From: Vulcanimicrobiota bacterium
GTDB taxonomy: Bacteria > Vulcanimicrobiota > Vulcanimicrobiia > Vulcanimicrobiales > Vulcanimicrobiaceae
DNA length: 64,000 nt
NCBI GenBank assembly: GCA_963841685.1
Contig: CAWJDU010000003.1
Span: 1,549,936 to 1,613,935 of the forward strand
Reading direction: 5' to 3'
This document shows positions 44,364 through 55,522 of the stretch, piece by piece. The position numbers and the translations under genes are program-made. How positions within the stretch are numbered: the stretch's first letter is position 1; every line of letters begins with the position of its first letter. The notes beneath the pieces were generated by a model. That model made no database searches. It saw only the letters and a program-made list of their open reading frames with translations, and was not told the DNA's origin.

Positions 44364-45321
44364 CGGCGCCCTTCGCGGCGGCCTGCTGCGCCGTGGAGAG
44401 CTCGCGCGCCACGCCGCCGTCGAGGTAGCGTTCGACGGCGGCGACGACGTCTTCGACGCGGATCATGTCCATGCACCGCGGCAGTGCGCCGACCGGATCG
44501 ACGCACCGGTGGCGCGGATCGTCTTTGTCCGAACCGTCGCCGAAAGTGCGGGCGAACCCTGCGCCTTCCAGCACCCCCGTTGTCGCAGCACGGCAGCGCC
44601 CCGACGGTGTGGATGAACTGGTGGTGCGGGTACGCCCCCCAGTCGGGCGGCTCGCGCCCCCCGGCCACGACCACGCACGGGCGGTTCCGGGCCGCCCCGC
44701 GGACGGGACCGCGGCGCCGGGGTGCATGGCAATGACACCCTGACACAGAACGCCCTCCGCGTGGTGGACGAGTCGGACGAGCTGCCGGCGTCGGTTTTCC
44801 CGCGAGGTCGATCACGCCGCGAGGGGGGTAGTGGTGCGGTCGCCGACCTCCACGAACAGACGGCCCCGGAAGTGGTCCACGACGGCCTGGTAGCGCTCGA
44901 ACTGCCCACCACTTGGGCGTGTGGTCCTTGTTCCCGCCGGCGTGACGATCCAGAAGGCCGGCGGTGCCCCGTCCGTCGTGGACCTGGGACCTCCACCCGC
45001 GCTCGGGGTCCGTGAGGTGGATGTCGCCCCGGTCCTCGGTCGGCCCGACCGGCACCCCCAGCCGTCCGCCAGGAACGCCGCGTACCGAGGAGGAAGTGGT
45101 ACGGCGCTGTCTTGCAGTGGTGGATCAGCGGGTAGTGCACTCGACGCGCTCCGCCTCCGGGTGTGCGTCGATCGGGGTGACGTAGGGATGATCTCCCATA
45201 GCGCGGGGCGGGCGTGCGGACGTCGTCGGGAACCGCCCCGGGCGGCGCGTGCATCCCGCACGAAGGCCGTCAGGGTCACGATGTCCCCGGCGACTGAGTT
45301 GTGCAGGATCAGCTTTCGCAT
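44347..45321 (-). CDS. GT9-like (heptosyltransferase-like) glycosyltransferase with Cys-rich C-terminus; very error-rich sequence
   Basis: MRKLIL..GDIVTLTA, KWW, VIDLAGKT, CVVVAGGREP, CCDNGGCW...C...RCMDMI, assembled across frames. Confidence 0.65.
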
Positions 45322-45577
45322 TATTCCTTCTCGACGCCGCAACTCGTGGTTTTTGTTGGTCCCTGCTTGGAACGACTGCGGGTTTTGAAGGTTCGAACGG
45401 ACTGCGCCGGTTCTTTGGTTGGGTAATGTGTGCTCTGATGAAACGCACGCCTGCCTGAGGATCCTTCGAGAGTCAGGACAGGTCTCGCATTAGATTGAAT
45501 GCTCGTCGTGCCCGTCACGGAAGCAGTGTGTGTCGCCTTGTCGGCGGAGGCGCTTCCGTCTCCCTCCGGAGAGCATT

Positions 45578-46101
45578 CTGCCCACCGCAAAAAAAGAAGC
45601 CACGATCGAGGAGCTGCGCGCCAAAATTGACGGCGCCAAAAACCTGTTCTTCACCAACTACGCGGGTCGAGCGTCCAGCAAATCACGAAGCTGCGCTCCG
45701 AGCTGCGCAAAGACGGCACACCTATGCCGTCGTGAAGAACACGCTGTTTAAGCGTGTCGCGGGCGACGAACTGGCCGCGATCCTCGAATCGATCCTTGCC
45801 GGACCGACCGGCGTCGTTTTCGCCGGCGAGATCCCGTTGCGCCGGCAAAAGCGCTGCGCACCTTTGCCGACGACAACAAGACGCTGGACGTCAAGGCGGC
45901 CTACATCGACGGCAAGATCGTCGACAAGGCCGCGGTGGCGGCGCTTGCGTCTATCCCTCCAAGCAACAAGTTGCAGGCGCAGTTCTCGGCCTCTTCGGGA
46001 GCCCAATCGCAACTCGTCGGCGTGCTCGCCGCAAACCCCAGCGGATTCGTTCGCGTCCTCAGTGCTCGGGAGAAGCAACTCGCGAAGCCCACAACTCATA
46101 A
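45578..46101 (+). CDS. rplJ: 50S ribosomal protein L10 (frameshifted by errors)
   Basis: [36 protein letters not shown]. Confidence 0.9.
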
Positions 46102-46113
46102 GGAGAAACCCTC

Positions 46114-46480
46114 ATGGCAGTTGCCGATCTCATCGATCAAGTCGAAAAACCGTCTCGAACTGAACGAACTCGTCAAGAACCTCGAAGAAAAGTGGGGCGT
46201 TAGTGCCGCGGCACCGGTCGCCGTCGCTGCAGCGGCCGCCCGGCCGCCGGCGCTGCACCCGCTGCCGAGAAGACCGAGTTCGACGCAGTCCTCCCGAGAT
46301 GGGCCCGGAGAAGATCAAGGTCATCAAGGCCGTGCGCGAACTCACCTCGCTCGGACTTACCGAGCGAAAGCGTTCGTCGGGAGCGCGCCCAAGCCGATCA
46401 AGGAAGGCGTGCCGCGAGACGAAGCCGAGTCGATCAAGAAGAAGCTCGAGGAAGTCGGCGCAAAGGTCGAGATCAAGTAA
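46114..46480 (+). CDS. rplL: 50S ribosomal protein L7/L12 (frameshifted by errors)
   Basis: [50 protein letters not shown]. Confidence 0.93.
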
Positions 46481-46502
46481 GACTCGCATTTCCGAACGCA
46501 CG

Positions 46503-46538
46503 AGGCCCGCGCCCCTGGGCGTGGGCCTTTCGTTTTTT
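46503..46538 (+). terminator. Intrinsic terminator after rplL
   Basis: AGGCCCGCGCCC/GGGCGTGGGCCT stem followed by TTCGTTTTTT. Confidence 0.8.
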
Positions 46539-46555
46539 ACGCGAATGCCGCGCGT

Positions 46556-47161
46556 TTACCGCAGGCGGCGCACGCGCATGATTCTGACCGGCGGCGCGAG
46601 CATCTCGCCGTCGGCTGCCGCCGAGTGAATGCGCCGCACGACGTCCATGCCGCGGATCACGTGCCCGAACGCGGCGTATCCCGGACCGAGCGGTCCGCCG
46701 GCGTCGAGGAACCCGTTGGCGCCGATGTCGATGAAGAACTCGGTCGTCGCGGAGTTCGGGTCGGACGTGCGCGCCATCGCGATCGTGCCGTCGACGTTGC
46801 GCAGGCCGGTCTTCGAAGTGGGCTCGAGCGGAATCTTCGCGACCATCGCGTTCTCGGTCTGCGGGTTGAGGCCGCCTTGGATCACCTCGATGTGCGACTG
46901 CGGCTCGCTCGATCGCCGCACGGTCCGGTAGAACGCCGCGCCGTCGTACGCGCGCGTGTCGACGTAGTGGAGGAAGTTCTTCACCGTGATCGGCGCGCGA
47001 GCACCGTCCAGACGCACGACGATCGTGCCGTCCGTCGTCACGATCGCGACGTCGACCGTGCGTGCGGGCGCGGCGACCGCAGCGCCGGCGGCGCCCAGGC
47101 AGAGCGCCGCCGCCATCGCGAGCACGCGCGCGCGGACGAACCTTCGAACGGTGTACTGCAC
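46556..47161 (-). CDS. Secreted cyclophilin-type peptidyl-prolyl isomerase
   Basis: Signal peptide; APITVKNF, FYRTV, IQGG, GTIAMART, YAAFGHV. Confidence 0.9.
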   Translation of the reverse strand: MQYTVRRFVRARVLAMAAALCLGAAGAAVAAPARTVDVAIVTTDGTIVVRLDGARAPITVKNFLHYVDTRAYDGAAFYRTVRRSSEPQSHIEVIQGGLNPQTENAMVAKIPLEPTSKTGLRNVDGTIAMARTSDPNSATTEFFIDIGANGFLDAGGPLGPGYAAFGHVIRGMDVVRRIHSAAADGEMLAPPVRIMRVRRLR

Positions 47162-47322
47162 GAGTGCGTATGCTCCGCGCGCGGCTGTGCGTCCCTTCGC
47201 ATGCGCGACCGTATCACGCTTGTTTTGCCGGGCGTTCGGTCGCGAATCGCGTAGTCGGCCCGTGTGTCGGCCGTGCCAGGGTTCGCGCCGCGGTCCGCGG
47301 AACGGTGCGGACCGTCCCGGGC

Positions 47323-47393
47323 GCGGGTGTGATGTAATGGTAGCCTGCGACCTTCCCAAGGTTGACGCGCGGGTTCGATTCCCGCCACCCGCT
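47323..47393 (+). tRNA. tRNA-Gly(CCC)
   Basis: GCGGGTG/CACCCGC acceptor stem, TTCCCAA loop, GTTCGAT. Confidence 0.92.
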
Positions 47394-47403
47394 CAGCGAT
47401 CCG

Positions 47404-47477
47404 GGCGACGTAGCCAAGTGGTAAGGCAGAGCTCTGCAAAAGCTCCACCCCCAGTTCGATTCTGGGCGTCGCCTCCA
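47404..47477 (+). tRNA. tRNA-Cys(GCA)
   Basis: GGCGACG/CGTCGCC acceptor stem, GAGCT-CTGCAAA-AGCTC arm, encoded CCA. Confidence 0.95.
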
Positions 47478-48849
47478 ATCGTTCTGCTGGTCGCGGCGTT
47501 CCTCGCGACGGCGCTCGCCGGGCCGCTGATCGGCGTCCGCCAGCTGGACGCCGCGTCGGGCGAGCAGGTCCGGCTGGCGAACGCTCGTTCGGACCTCGAC
47601 GCGCTCCTGCGCATCCAGCTCGCCGAGCAGACCGCGCTGCGCGGCTACATCGCGACGCACGATCCGAAGTTCCTCGACGAGGACCACCCGCCGGATCCGG
47701 CTTCGATCCGCAGGCGACGACTCGAAGCGCGCCTGCGCGACGCGGCGATCCCGGGCGCGGGCCGTCGAAGACCTGCGCGCGCGGCACGCGGAGTGGGAGC
47801 GCACGGTCGCCGGCCGCTGATTCGCAACCCGGACTCGCACGACGCCTACGTCGAGCAGACGGAGGGCAAGCTGATCACGGACCGGATGAGCCGCGACGCC
47901 GACGTGCTGCGCGCGCGCTGCAGGCCGCGAGCGACCGCGTCGACGGACGCTGCGCAGGCGCATCAACGCGACGGTCGCGATCAGCGCCGGGACATCACGC
48001 TGTTCGCGATCGTCGCGCTGTGGTACGCGATCGGCCGCGCGACCGCGGTTGCGCGGCTCGCGCAGGGGCAGGTGCTCGTCGACGCGCTGCAGCGCACGCT
48101 GCGCGTCGCGGCGAGCGGCCGCCGCGCACGCAGATGGGTTTCGCGTACGCGTCGGCGACGCGCGAGGCGCTCATCGGCGGCGAGTTGCTCGACGCCTGGC
48201 GCGCGGGCGCGGAGGTCGGCTGGGTGCTGATCGCCGACGCGAGCGGAAAGGGCGTCGAAGCGGCGCGGCACGCGGCGTTCACGCAGTACGCGATCCGCGC
48301 GCTGTCGGCGGACGCCACCGACCCGGCCGACGTCGTCCGGCGCTTCAACCGCCTGTTCGTCGATACGTTCGAGGACCCGTCCGTCTTCGTGGTGCTGTTC
48401 CTCGCCGCGTTCGACGCGCGCACGCAGACGCTGCGCTACGCGAGCGCCGGCCACGGCACCGCGTACGTGCGCCGCGGCACGCTGGTCGAGGTGCTGCCGC
48501 CGACGGGCGCGATCGTCGGGATGGACCGCGACGAGGCGTACGCGACCGAGCCGTGCCGCTCGCCGTCGGCGACATCGTGCTGCTCGCGACCGACGGGCTC
48601 GCGAAGCGCGCAGCGACGACGGCGCGATGCTCGGCGAAGAGCGGGTCGCGGCGCTGCTCGCGACGCGCCGTCGATCCGCAGGCGGTGTGCGACCTGCTCG
48701 TCGCGTCCGCGGACGCCTACAGCGGCGGCGTGCAGGACGACCTGGCGATCGTCGCGCTGCGCATCGTGCAGGACGAGCACGCGGCATCGCGCCGTTCAGC
48801 CCGATCGCGGAACGCAGGACGCTCGAAGCGCCGCTCGAAGGCGAGCTGA
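47418..48849 (+). CDS. CHASE3 sensor / SpoIIE (PP2C) phosphatase (frameshifted; start uncertain)
   Basis: TM helix, [40 protein letters not shown]. Confidence 0.78.
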
Positions 48850-48868
48850 CGGCGAAGGAACGCGGGTC

Positions 48869-49650
48869 GTGCTCGCCCGCCGTATCGTTCCCTGTCTCGA
48901 CATCAAGGCCGGCCGGGTCGTCAAAGGCGTGCGCTTCGTCGAGCTCAGCGACGCCGGCGATCCGGTCGAGCTCGCGCGCCGCTACGAGGCGGAAGGCGCC
49001 GACGAGCTCGTCTTCCTCGACATCACCGCGACCGTCGAAGGCCGGCGAGCGACGCTGGACGTGGTGCGCGCGGTCGCGCGCGAGCTGACGATTCCGTTTG
49101 CGGTCGGCGGCGGCGTGCGCGACGTCGAGGGCGTGAACGATCTGCTTGCGCGCCGGATGCGACAAGGTCAGCGTCAACTCGGCCGCGGTGCGCGATCCGG
49201 AGGCTCGGCGCCGCGTCGCGCGTCTTCGGCGCGCAGTGCGTCGTCGTCGCGATCGACGCGCGCAGCGCGCCGGGCGCGACGCCATCCGGCTTCGAGGTCG
49301 TCGTCGACGGCGGCCGCACGCCGACCGGCCGTGACGCCGTCGCGTGGGCCGCGCGAGTGCGAGGCGCGCGGTGCCGGCGAGCTGCTCGTCACGTCGATCG
49401 ACCGCGACGGCACGCGCGACGGGTTCGACATCCCGCTCACGCGCGCGATCCGCGGCGCGTGCAACCTGCCGGTCATCGCGTCGGGCGGGGCCGGCGCCGT
49501 CGACGACTTCTGCGCGTGTTCCGCGATGCGGGCGCCGATGCGGCGCTCGCGGCGTCCCTCTTCCACTACGCGGAGCTCGCGATCGCCGATCTCAAAGACG
49601 CGCTTGCGGCGGACGGACTCGTCGTGCGCCGCGAACCGGTCGCGGTATGA
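48869..49650 (+). CDS. hisF: Imidazole glycerol phosphate synthase, cyclase subunit
   Basis: [46 protein letters not shown]. Confidence 0.95.
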
Positions 49651-50295
49651 ACGTCCCGTTCCCGACGTGCGCTGGGACGAGGGCGGGCTCGCACCGGTCG
49701 TCATCGCGGACGCAACGACCGGCGCCGTGCTCACGCTTGCGTACGCGAACCGCGACGCGCTGGAGCGGACGCTCGCGACCGCGTCGACGTGGCTGTTCAG
49801 CCGGTCGCGCGGCGAACTGTGGAACAAGGGCGCGACGTCCGGGAACACGCAGCGCGTCGTGTCGGTGTCGATCGACTGCGATGGCGACGCGCTGCTGTAC
49901 CGCGTCGTGCCGAACGGCCCGGCGTGCCATACCGGTGCGGCGAGCTGCTTCGCCACGACGATCCCGCTCGACGGCGACGGCGCGCCGCCGGAAGGTGCGC
50001 GGTTCGCAACCGCGGTCTCCGCGCTCGCGCGAACGATCGTCGAGCGCAAAGCACATCCCGTCGAAGGGTCGTACACGGCCAAGCTGTTCGCCGGCGGTGT
50101 CGACCGCATCGGCAAGAAGATCGGCGAGGAGGCGACCGAGGTCGTGATCGCCGCGAAGAACGACGATCGCGGCGAGCTCATTTGGGAGACGGCGGACTTG
50201 CTGTACCACGCCCTCGTGCTGCTCGCGGAGCGCGGCGTCTCGCTCGACGACGTGGGAGCGGAGCTATCCCGGCGCGCGAAGCCCAGCGGCGGTAA
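49647..50295 (+). CDS. hisIE: Bifunctional PR-AMP cyclohydrolase / PR-ATP pyrophosphatase
   Basis: [43 protein letters not shown]. Confidence 0.95.
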
Positions 50296-52315
50296 GGGGC
50301 CTCCGGCGGCTCGCGCTGCGGGATCGGCCCGGAGACGGCGGCGCGGTTCGCCGAGCTCGGCGTCGTCACGCCCGCCGACCTGCTCGCGTACATCCCGCGC
50401 GCGTACCGGGACTGGCGCGAGCCGATGCCGATCGCGAGCTTCGCGAGGGCGAAGCGATCGTCGTGGGGCGTGTTCTGCGCGTGAAGGACGGGCGCGGCCG
50501 CGCGCCGATGACGGCGACGCTGCAGGACGACACCGGCGCAATCCAGGTGAAGTGGTTCGGCCGGCGCTACTGTCCGGCAAGATCGCGCCCGGGGATCGGC
50601 TGTTCGTCGCGGGGCGCGTCACGCGCGCGGGGCTGCTGCCGGAGATCAACGTAGCAGTCATCGCGTGCTCCGCGACGACGAGCGGTTCGCAGGGTGAGAT
50701 CGTGCCGGTGTACGCCGCCAGCAAAGAGCTGCCGACGCGCGCGATCCGCACGGCGATTGCGAAGAACATCGACCGGTTGATCGCGACTGCGTCCCGACGT
50801 GCTGCCAGCCGCTCGTGCAGCGGCTCGGCTCCCGAACCGCTCGATCGGGCGTGGCGCGACGTGCACGCGCCGCACGATCCCGACGACGCCGTGCGCGCGC
50901 GCGAGCGCATCGTCTTCGACGAGTTCTTCACGATCGCGCTGGCGGCCGCGGTGAAGCGCGCGCGGCGTGAGTCCGAAGGCGGTGCGCGCGCGCTCGCGCG
51001 GCCGGACGGGCTGTGGGACGCGTTCATCGCCGAGCTGCCGTTCCCGCCGACCGGCGCGCAGCAGCGCGTGATCGACCGCATCTGGTCCGACATGGAGCGT
51101 ACGGTGCCGATGAACCGGCTGCTGCAAGGCGACGTCGGCAGCGGCAAGACGCTCGTCGCGGCGGCCGCGATCGTCCTCGCGCACCGCGGCGGCGTGCAGT
51201 CCGCGCTTATGGCACCGACGGAGATCCTCGCGGCGCAGCACGCGGCGAAGCTCGCACCGCTGCTGCTGCCGTTCGGCGTCACCGTCGAAGCGGTGTTCGG
51301 CTCGCAGGGCGCGCGCGATCGTCGGCGGGCGGAGGCGCGCATCGCGTCGGGCGAAGCGGCGCTGGCGGTCGGCACGCACGCGCTGCTCACGGAGTCCGTG
51401 ACGTTCGCGAGCCTCGGGCTCGTCGTGATCGACGAGCAGCACCGCTTCGGCGTGAACCAGCGCGGCTGCTGCGCGAGAAGAGCGTCGCGCCGCACACGCT
51501 CGCGATGACGGCGACGCCGATCCCGCGCACGCTCGCGCAGACGAAGTACGCGGACATGGACGTGTCAATCATCGACGAGCTGCCGCCGGGCCGCACGCCC
51601 GTCCGCACGTTCGTCATCCGCGGCCGCCGCGCGAGTGAGGTCGAGGAGTTCGTGCGCAAGAACGTCGAGCTCGGGCACCAGGCGTACGTGGTTGCGCCCG
51701 CGATCGAGGACGACGGGGAGAGCAACATGAGCGCGCTCGCCGAAGCGGAACGGCTCCGTAGAACCGCATTCGCGGGTCTGCGCGTCGACGTGCTGCACGG
51801 AAGATGACGCCGCGGCAGAAGGACACCGTGATGGACCGTTTCAAGCGCGGCGAAACGGACGTGCTCGTCGCGACGACGGTCGTCGAGGTGGGCGTCGACG
51901 TGCCGAACGCGTCGGTGATGGTCGTGCTCGACGCCCACCGCTACGGCCTTGCGCAGCTGCACCAGCTGCGCGGGCGTGTCGGCCGCGGCGTCGCGGAGTC
52001 GTTCTGCATCCTCGTCGCGCCCGACGATGCGGGCGAGGTCGAGCGGCTGCACGTCCTCGAGGAGACGACCGACGGTTTCGCGATCGCGGAAGCCGATCTG
52101 CGGCTGCGCAAAGCGGGTGAGCTCGCCGGAACGGCGCAGGCCGGCGACGCGGCAACTGGCAACATTGTCGACGACTTCGCGCTGTACATGCGCGCGAAGG
52201 AGGCCGCCGACGCGATCGTCGCGAGCGATCCGGAGTTACGCCGAGCCGAGCACGGTGGGCTGGCGGGCTGCTCGGCGACAGCGCGTCCGCGCGCGCGATG
52301 CTGATGACCGCGTGA
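50290..52315 (+). CDS. recG: ATP-dependent DNA helicase RecG (frameshifted; start approximate)
   Basis: [42 protein letters not shown]. Confidence 0.95.
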
Positions 52316-53019
52316 ACGGCGCGCGCGCGGCGGTCGCGATCGGATTCGATTTCGACCACACGCTCGGCGTCGACAACGGGCTGGAGCGCAGGCGCTGTAT
52401 GCGTACGCCGCGGAGCTCGGGCCGCCGGTCGATCCCGCGGACCGCGCGTGGGTCGATCGGCTCGAAGCGCTGCTCAGGGCGTTTCGCGCCGGCGAGATGA
52501 CGATGGACGAGATGATCGCGCGATTCGCGCGCGCGCTCGGGGTCGGGGAGGCGCGCGCGAGCGCGGAGCGCTGGCGCGACATCTGTTCGAGCTCGTGCCC
52601 TCGCTCGTGCACGCGATCGACGGCGCGCGCCAAACGCTCGCCGCGCTGCGGGCGCGCGGAGTGCCGGTCGCAATCCTGACGAACGGGTGGACGCCGCTTC
52701 CAGCAGAAGAAGATTGCCCACGCGCTCGGCGACGAAGGGCTCGCGATCACCATCCTCGTGAGCGACGCGCTGGGTGCCATCAAACCGTCTCGCGCGGCGT
52801 TCGACGCGCTCGTCGCGAGCTCGCGCGGCGCGCGAACGCGTATGGTACGTCGGGGACAACGTCGCGGCCGACGTGGGCGGCGCGCTCGCCGCAGGGCTGC
52901 GCGCGGTCTGGTTCGACTCGGAAGGCGAAAGTTATCCACAGGACGTGGCTCCTCCGACGCTGCGCATCACCTCCTTGCGGGGGCTCGAGTCGCTGGCGGA
53001 GAACGCCATCGCCCCATAA
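52312..53019 (+). CDS. HAD-family hydrolase (frameshifted)
   Basis: FDFDHTL, LTNGW, KP, YVGDN..DV.GA. Confidence 0.82.
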
Positions 53020-53024
53020 CTCGT

Positions 53025-53583
53025 ATGGGAACGCTGACGATCACCGGCGGCACGCTACGCAGCCGGCGTGTTTCGACACCGCCCGGGCAGGCGGTGCGAC
53101 CGACACCCGCGCGTGTGAAAGAAGCGCTGTTTTCCATTCTCGCCCATCGTGTCGATGAAGCGCGCGTGCTCGATCTGTTCGCGGGTAGCGGCGCGCTCGG
53201 ATTCGAGTCGCTCTCGCGCGGCGCCGCACACGTCACCTTCGTGGAGAAGCATCGACCGACCGCGCATGCGCTGACCGAATCTGCGAAGACGCTCGGTGTC
53301 GCCGAGCGCGTCGAGGTGATCGCCGCGCCCGTCGAACGCGCGGTGCGCCGGTGACGGCCGTTTCGATCTGGTCTTCGCCGATCCGCCGTACGCGACGCCG
53401 TATCCGCACGAAGCGTTCGCGCAACTGCGCCGCCGTCACGCGATCGACGACGCGACGACCGTCGTCTACGAGCATTCTTCGCGGCAGGCGTCGCCCGCCG
53501 ATCCGGCGATGCGCGTCGCGCGCAGCGAGCGCTACGGCGAGGTCGCGCTCGACTTTCTCCAACCCGTCGCGAGTGCAGCGTGA
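53025..53583 (+). CDS. rsmD: 16S rRNA m2G966 methyltransferase
   Basis: RPT..RVKEALF, LDLFAGSGALG, ADPPY; upstream of coaD. Confidence 0.93.
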
Positions 53584-54088
53584 ACCGTCCCGCGGGCGGA
53601 AGCTCCGCGATCTACCCCGGCTCGTTCGACCCCATGACCGCGGCCACCTCGACGTCATCGAGCGCGCGGCGAAGATCTTCGACCGCGTCCTGGTCGCGGT
53701 GGTCGTGAACCCGCAGAAGCGCGATCCCCTCTTCACGCTCGACGAGCGCGAAGCGATGATCCGCGAAACGGTCGCGCACATCCCCAACATCGAAGTGACC
53801 CACTTCCGCGGATTGCTGGCGGATTTCGTGCGAACGGTGGACGCCGCCGTCATCGTGAAAGGGCTGCGCGTCGTGTCTGATTTCGAAGGCGAGATGTCGA
53901 CCGCGCTGATGAACCGTTCGCTCTCCGCCGTCGACACCGTATTCTTGCCGAGCGATCCGCGGTGGTCGTTCGTGAGCTCGACGCTGGTCAAGGAAGTCTA
54001 CAATCTCGGTGCGGACGTCGCGAAATACGTTCCGCCCGCCGTGCTCCGCGTGATGCAGTCCAAACGCCCCGCACCCCGTCCCGCCTAG
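53580..54088 (+). CDS. coaD: Phosphopantetheine adenylyltransferase
   Basis: YPGSFDP..GHLDVI, KGLRVVSDF, VSSTLVKE. Confidence 0.95.
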
Positions 54089-54098
54089 GAGGCCGCGC

Positions 54099-54661
54099 AT
54101 GTCCGTCTATCGCGTCATCGACAAGCTCGAGGCGTCCGTGAAACAAGGCACCGTTCTTCCCCTCGGCTATCGCATCGTGAGCGAGGAGAAGCTCCTTGAG
54201 CTGATCGAGAAGCTGCGTGCCTCCCTCCCCGAGGAAGTCGGACGCGCGTTCGATCGCCAAGAACGGCGATCGCCTCGTCCGGGAGGCGCAGGAGAAGCGC
54301 AAGCGATCGTCGTCGAAGCGTCGACGCAGCAATCGCAGCTCCTCGACGACAACGAGATCATGCGGCGCGCCCGCGCGACCGCGGAGATCGTGCTGCGCGA
54401 GGCGGAGCAGAAAGCCGCGCGCGTGCGCGAAGGCGCCGACGCGTACGCGGCGCAGGTGCTGACGGATCTCGACGTTCGCCTGTCGGGCGCGCTCGGCTCC
54501 GTGAAGAAAGGCATCGAAGCGCTGGCTATCGAAAGCGTCCGCAGCATCGGCTACGGCGACGGCACCGGCCTCGAGCGCTTGCCGACGCGGCGGCGAAATC
54601 GAAGCGCGCCGCGTTCGACGCGCAGAACGAGAACGAGACCGCGGAACTCGAGTCGGTCTAA
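54099..54661 (+). CDS. Conserved coiled-coil protein downstream of coaD (DivIVA/ATP synthase b-like)
   Basis: GGAGG RBS; LRASLPEE, REGADAYA; typical coaD neighbour. Confidence 0.75.
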
Positions 54662-54681
54662 CGCCGACCGGAGCAGGCGTC

Positions 54682-54933
54682 ATGGCGTGCACCCATCTCG
54701 AACACATCCATCAGGTACCCCCGAGCGCCGACGGCTGCGAGGACTGCCTGCTCATGGGTTCCTCGTGGGTCCATCTGCGGGAGTGCCTCGAGTGCGGCCG
54801 TGTCGGCTGCTGCGATGATTCACCGAACCGTCACGCCACGAAGCACTTCGAGGCGACGAGCCACCCGATCATCCGGTCGTTCGAGCCCGGCGAGCATTGG
54901 CGGTGGTGCTACATCGACGAAACGCTCGTCTAA
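54682..54933 (+). CDS. UBP-type zinc finger protein
   Basis: CTH, CEDC, WVHLRECLECGRVGCCD, HATKH, WRWCY. Confidence 0.9.
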   Translation: MACTHLEHIHQVPPSADGCEDCLLMGSSWVHLRECLECGRVGCCDDSPNRHATKHFEATSHPIIRSFEPGEHWRWCYIDETLV

Positions 54934-54963
54934 CGCTGCAAGACCGGCGGCTCTTTCCTTCGT

Positions 54964-55510
54964 ATGCCGAAATTGATCTACATCGTCAACACGTCGCTCG
55001 ACGGTTACATGGAGGACGAAACCGGTGCCTTCGATTGGGTGATTGCGGATCGCGGACACGCGTTCATCACGGAGTTGTTGCGGCCGATTGGAACCTATCT
55101 GTATGGGCGGCGACTCTATGAGACGATGGTCTACTGGGACGGCAGCATCGAGGACTATCCACCGAACACCGCGGCTTCGCGCGGGTCTGGCAGCAGGCCG
55201 AGAAGATCGTCTTTTCACGAACGCTGACGGGTGCGACGACACGCAACACGCGTGTCGAGCGGGACTTCAACCCCCAGGCCATTCGGAAGCTCAAGCGGGA
55301 ATCGGAGCACGACATCAGCATCGGCGGCGCCGAGCTTGCAGCGCGCGCGCTCGAAGCCGACCTCATCGACGAGTGTCACCTGTTCCTCAACCCGGCGGTC
55401 GTCGGCGGCGGGAAGCCAGCATTCGGCGCCGTCCGCCGGAATCTCGAGCTCTCGAGACGCGCCGTTTCGACTCCGGAGTCGTCCACGTACGCTATCGCAT
55501 ACGAGGCGTT
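54964..55510 (+). CDS. Dihydrofolate reductase / RibD_C family protein (frameshifted; end approximate)
   Basis: SLDGY, YGRRLYE, IGGAELA, LIDE, GGGKP. Confidence 0.8.
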
Positions 55511-55522
55511 GCTGCGAAGAGA

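Noticed and set aside
45440-45577. L10 leader RNA upstream of rplJ
   Set aside because: Expected by position, but the sequence is too error-rich to recognise the motif.
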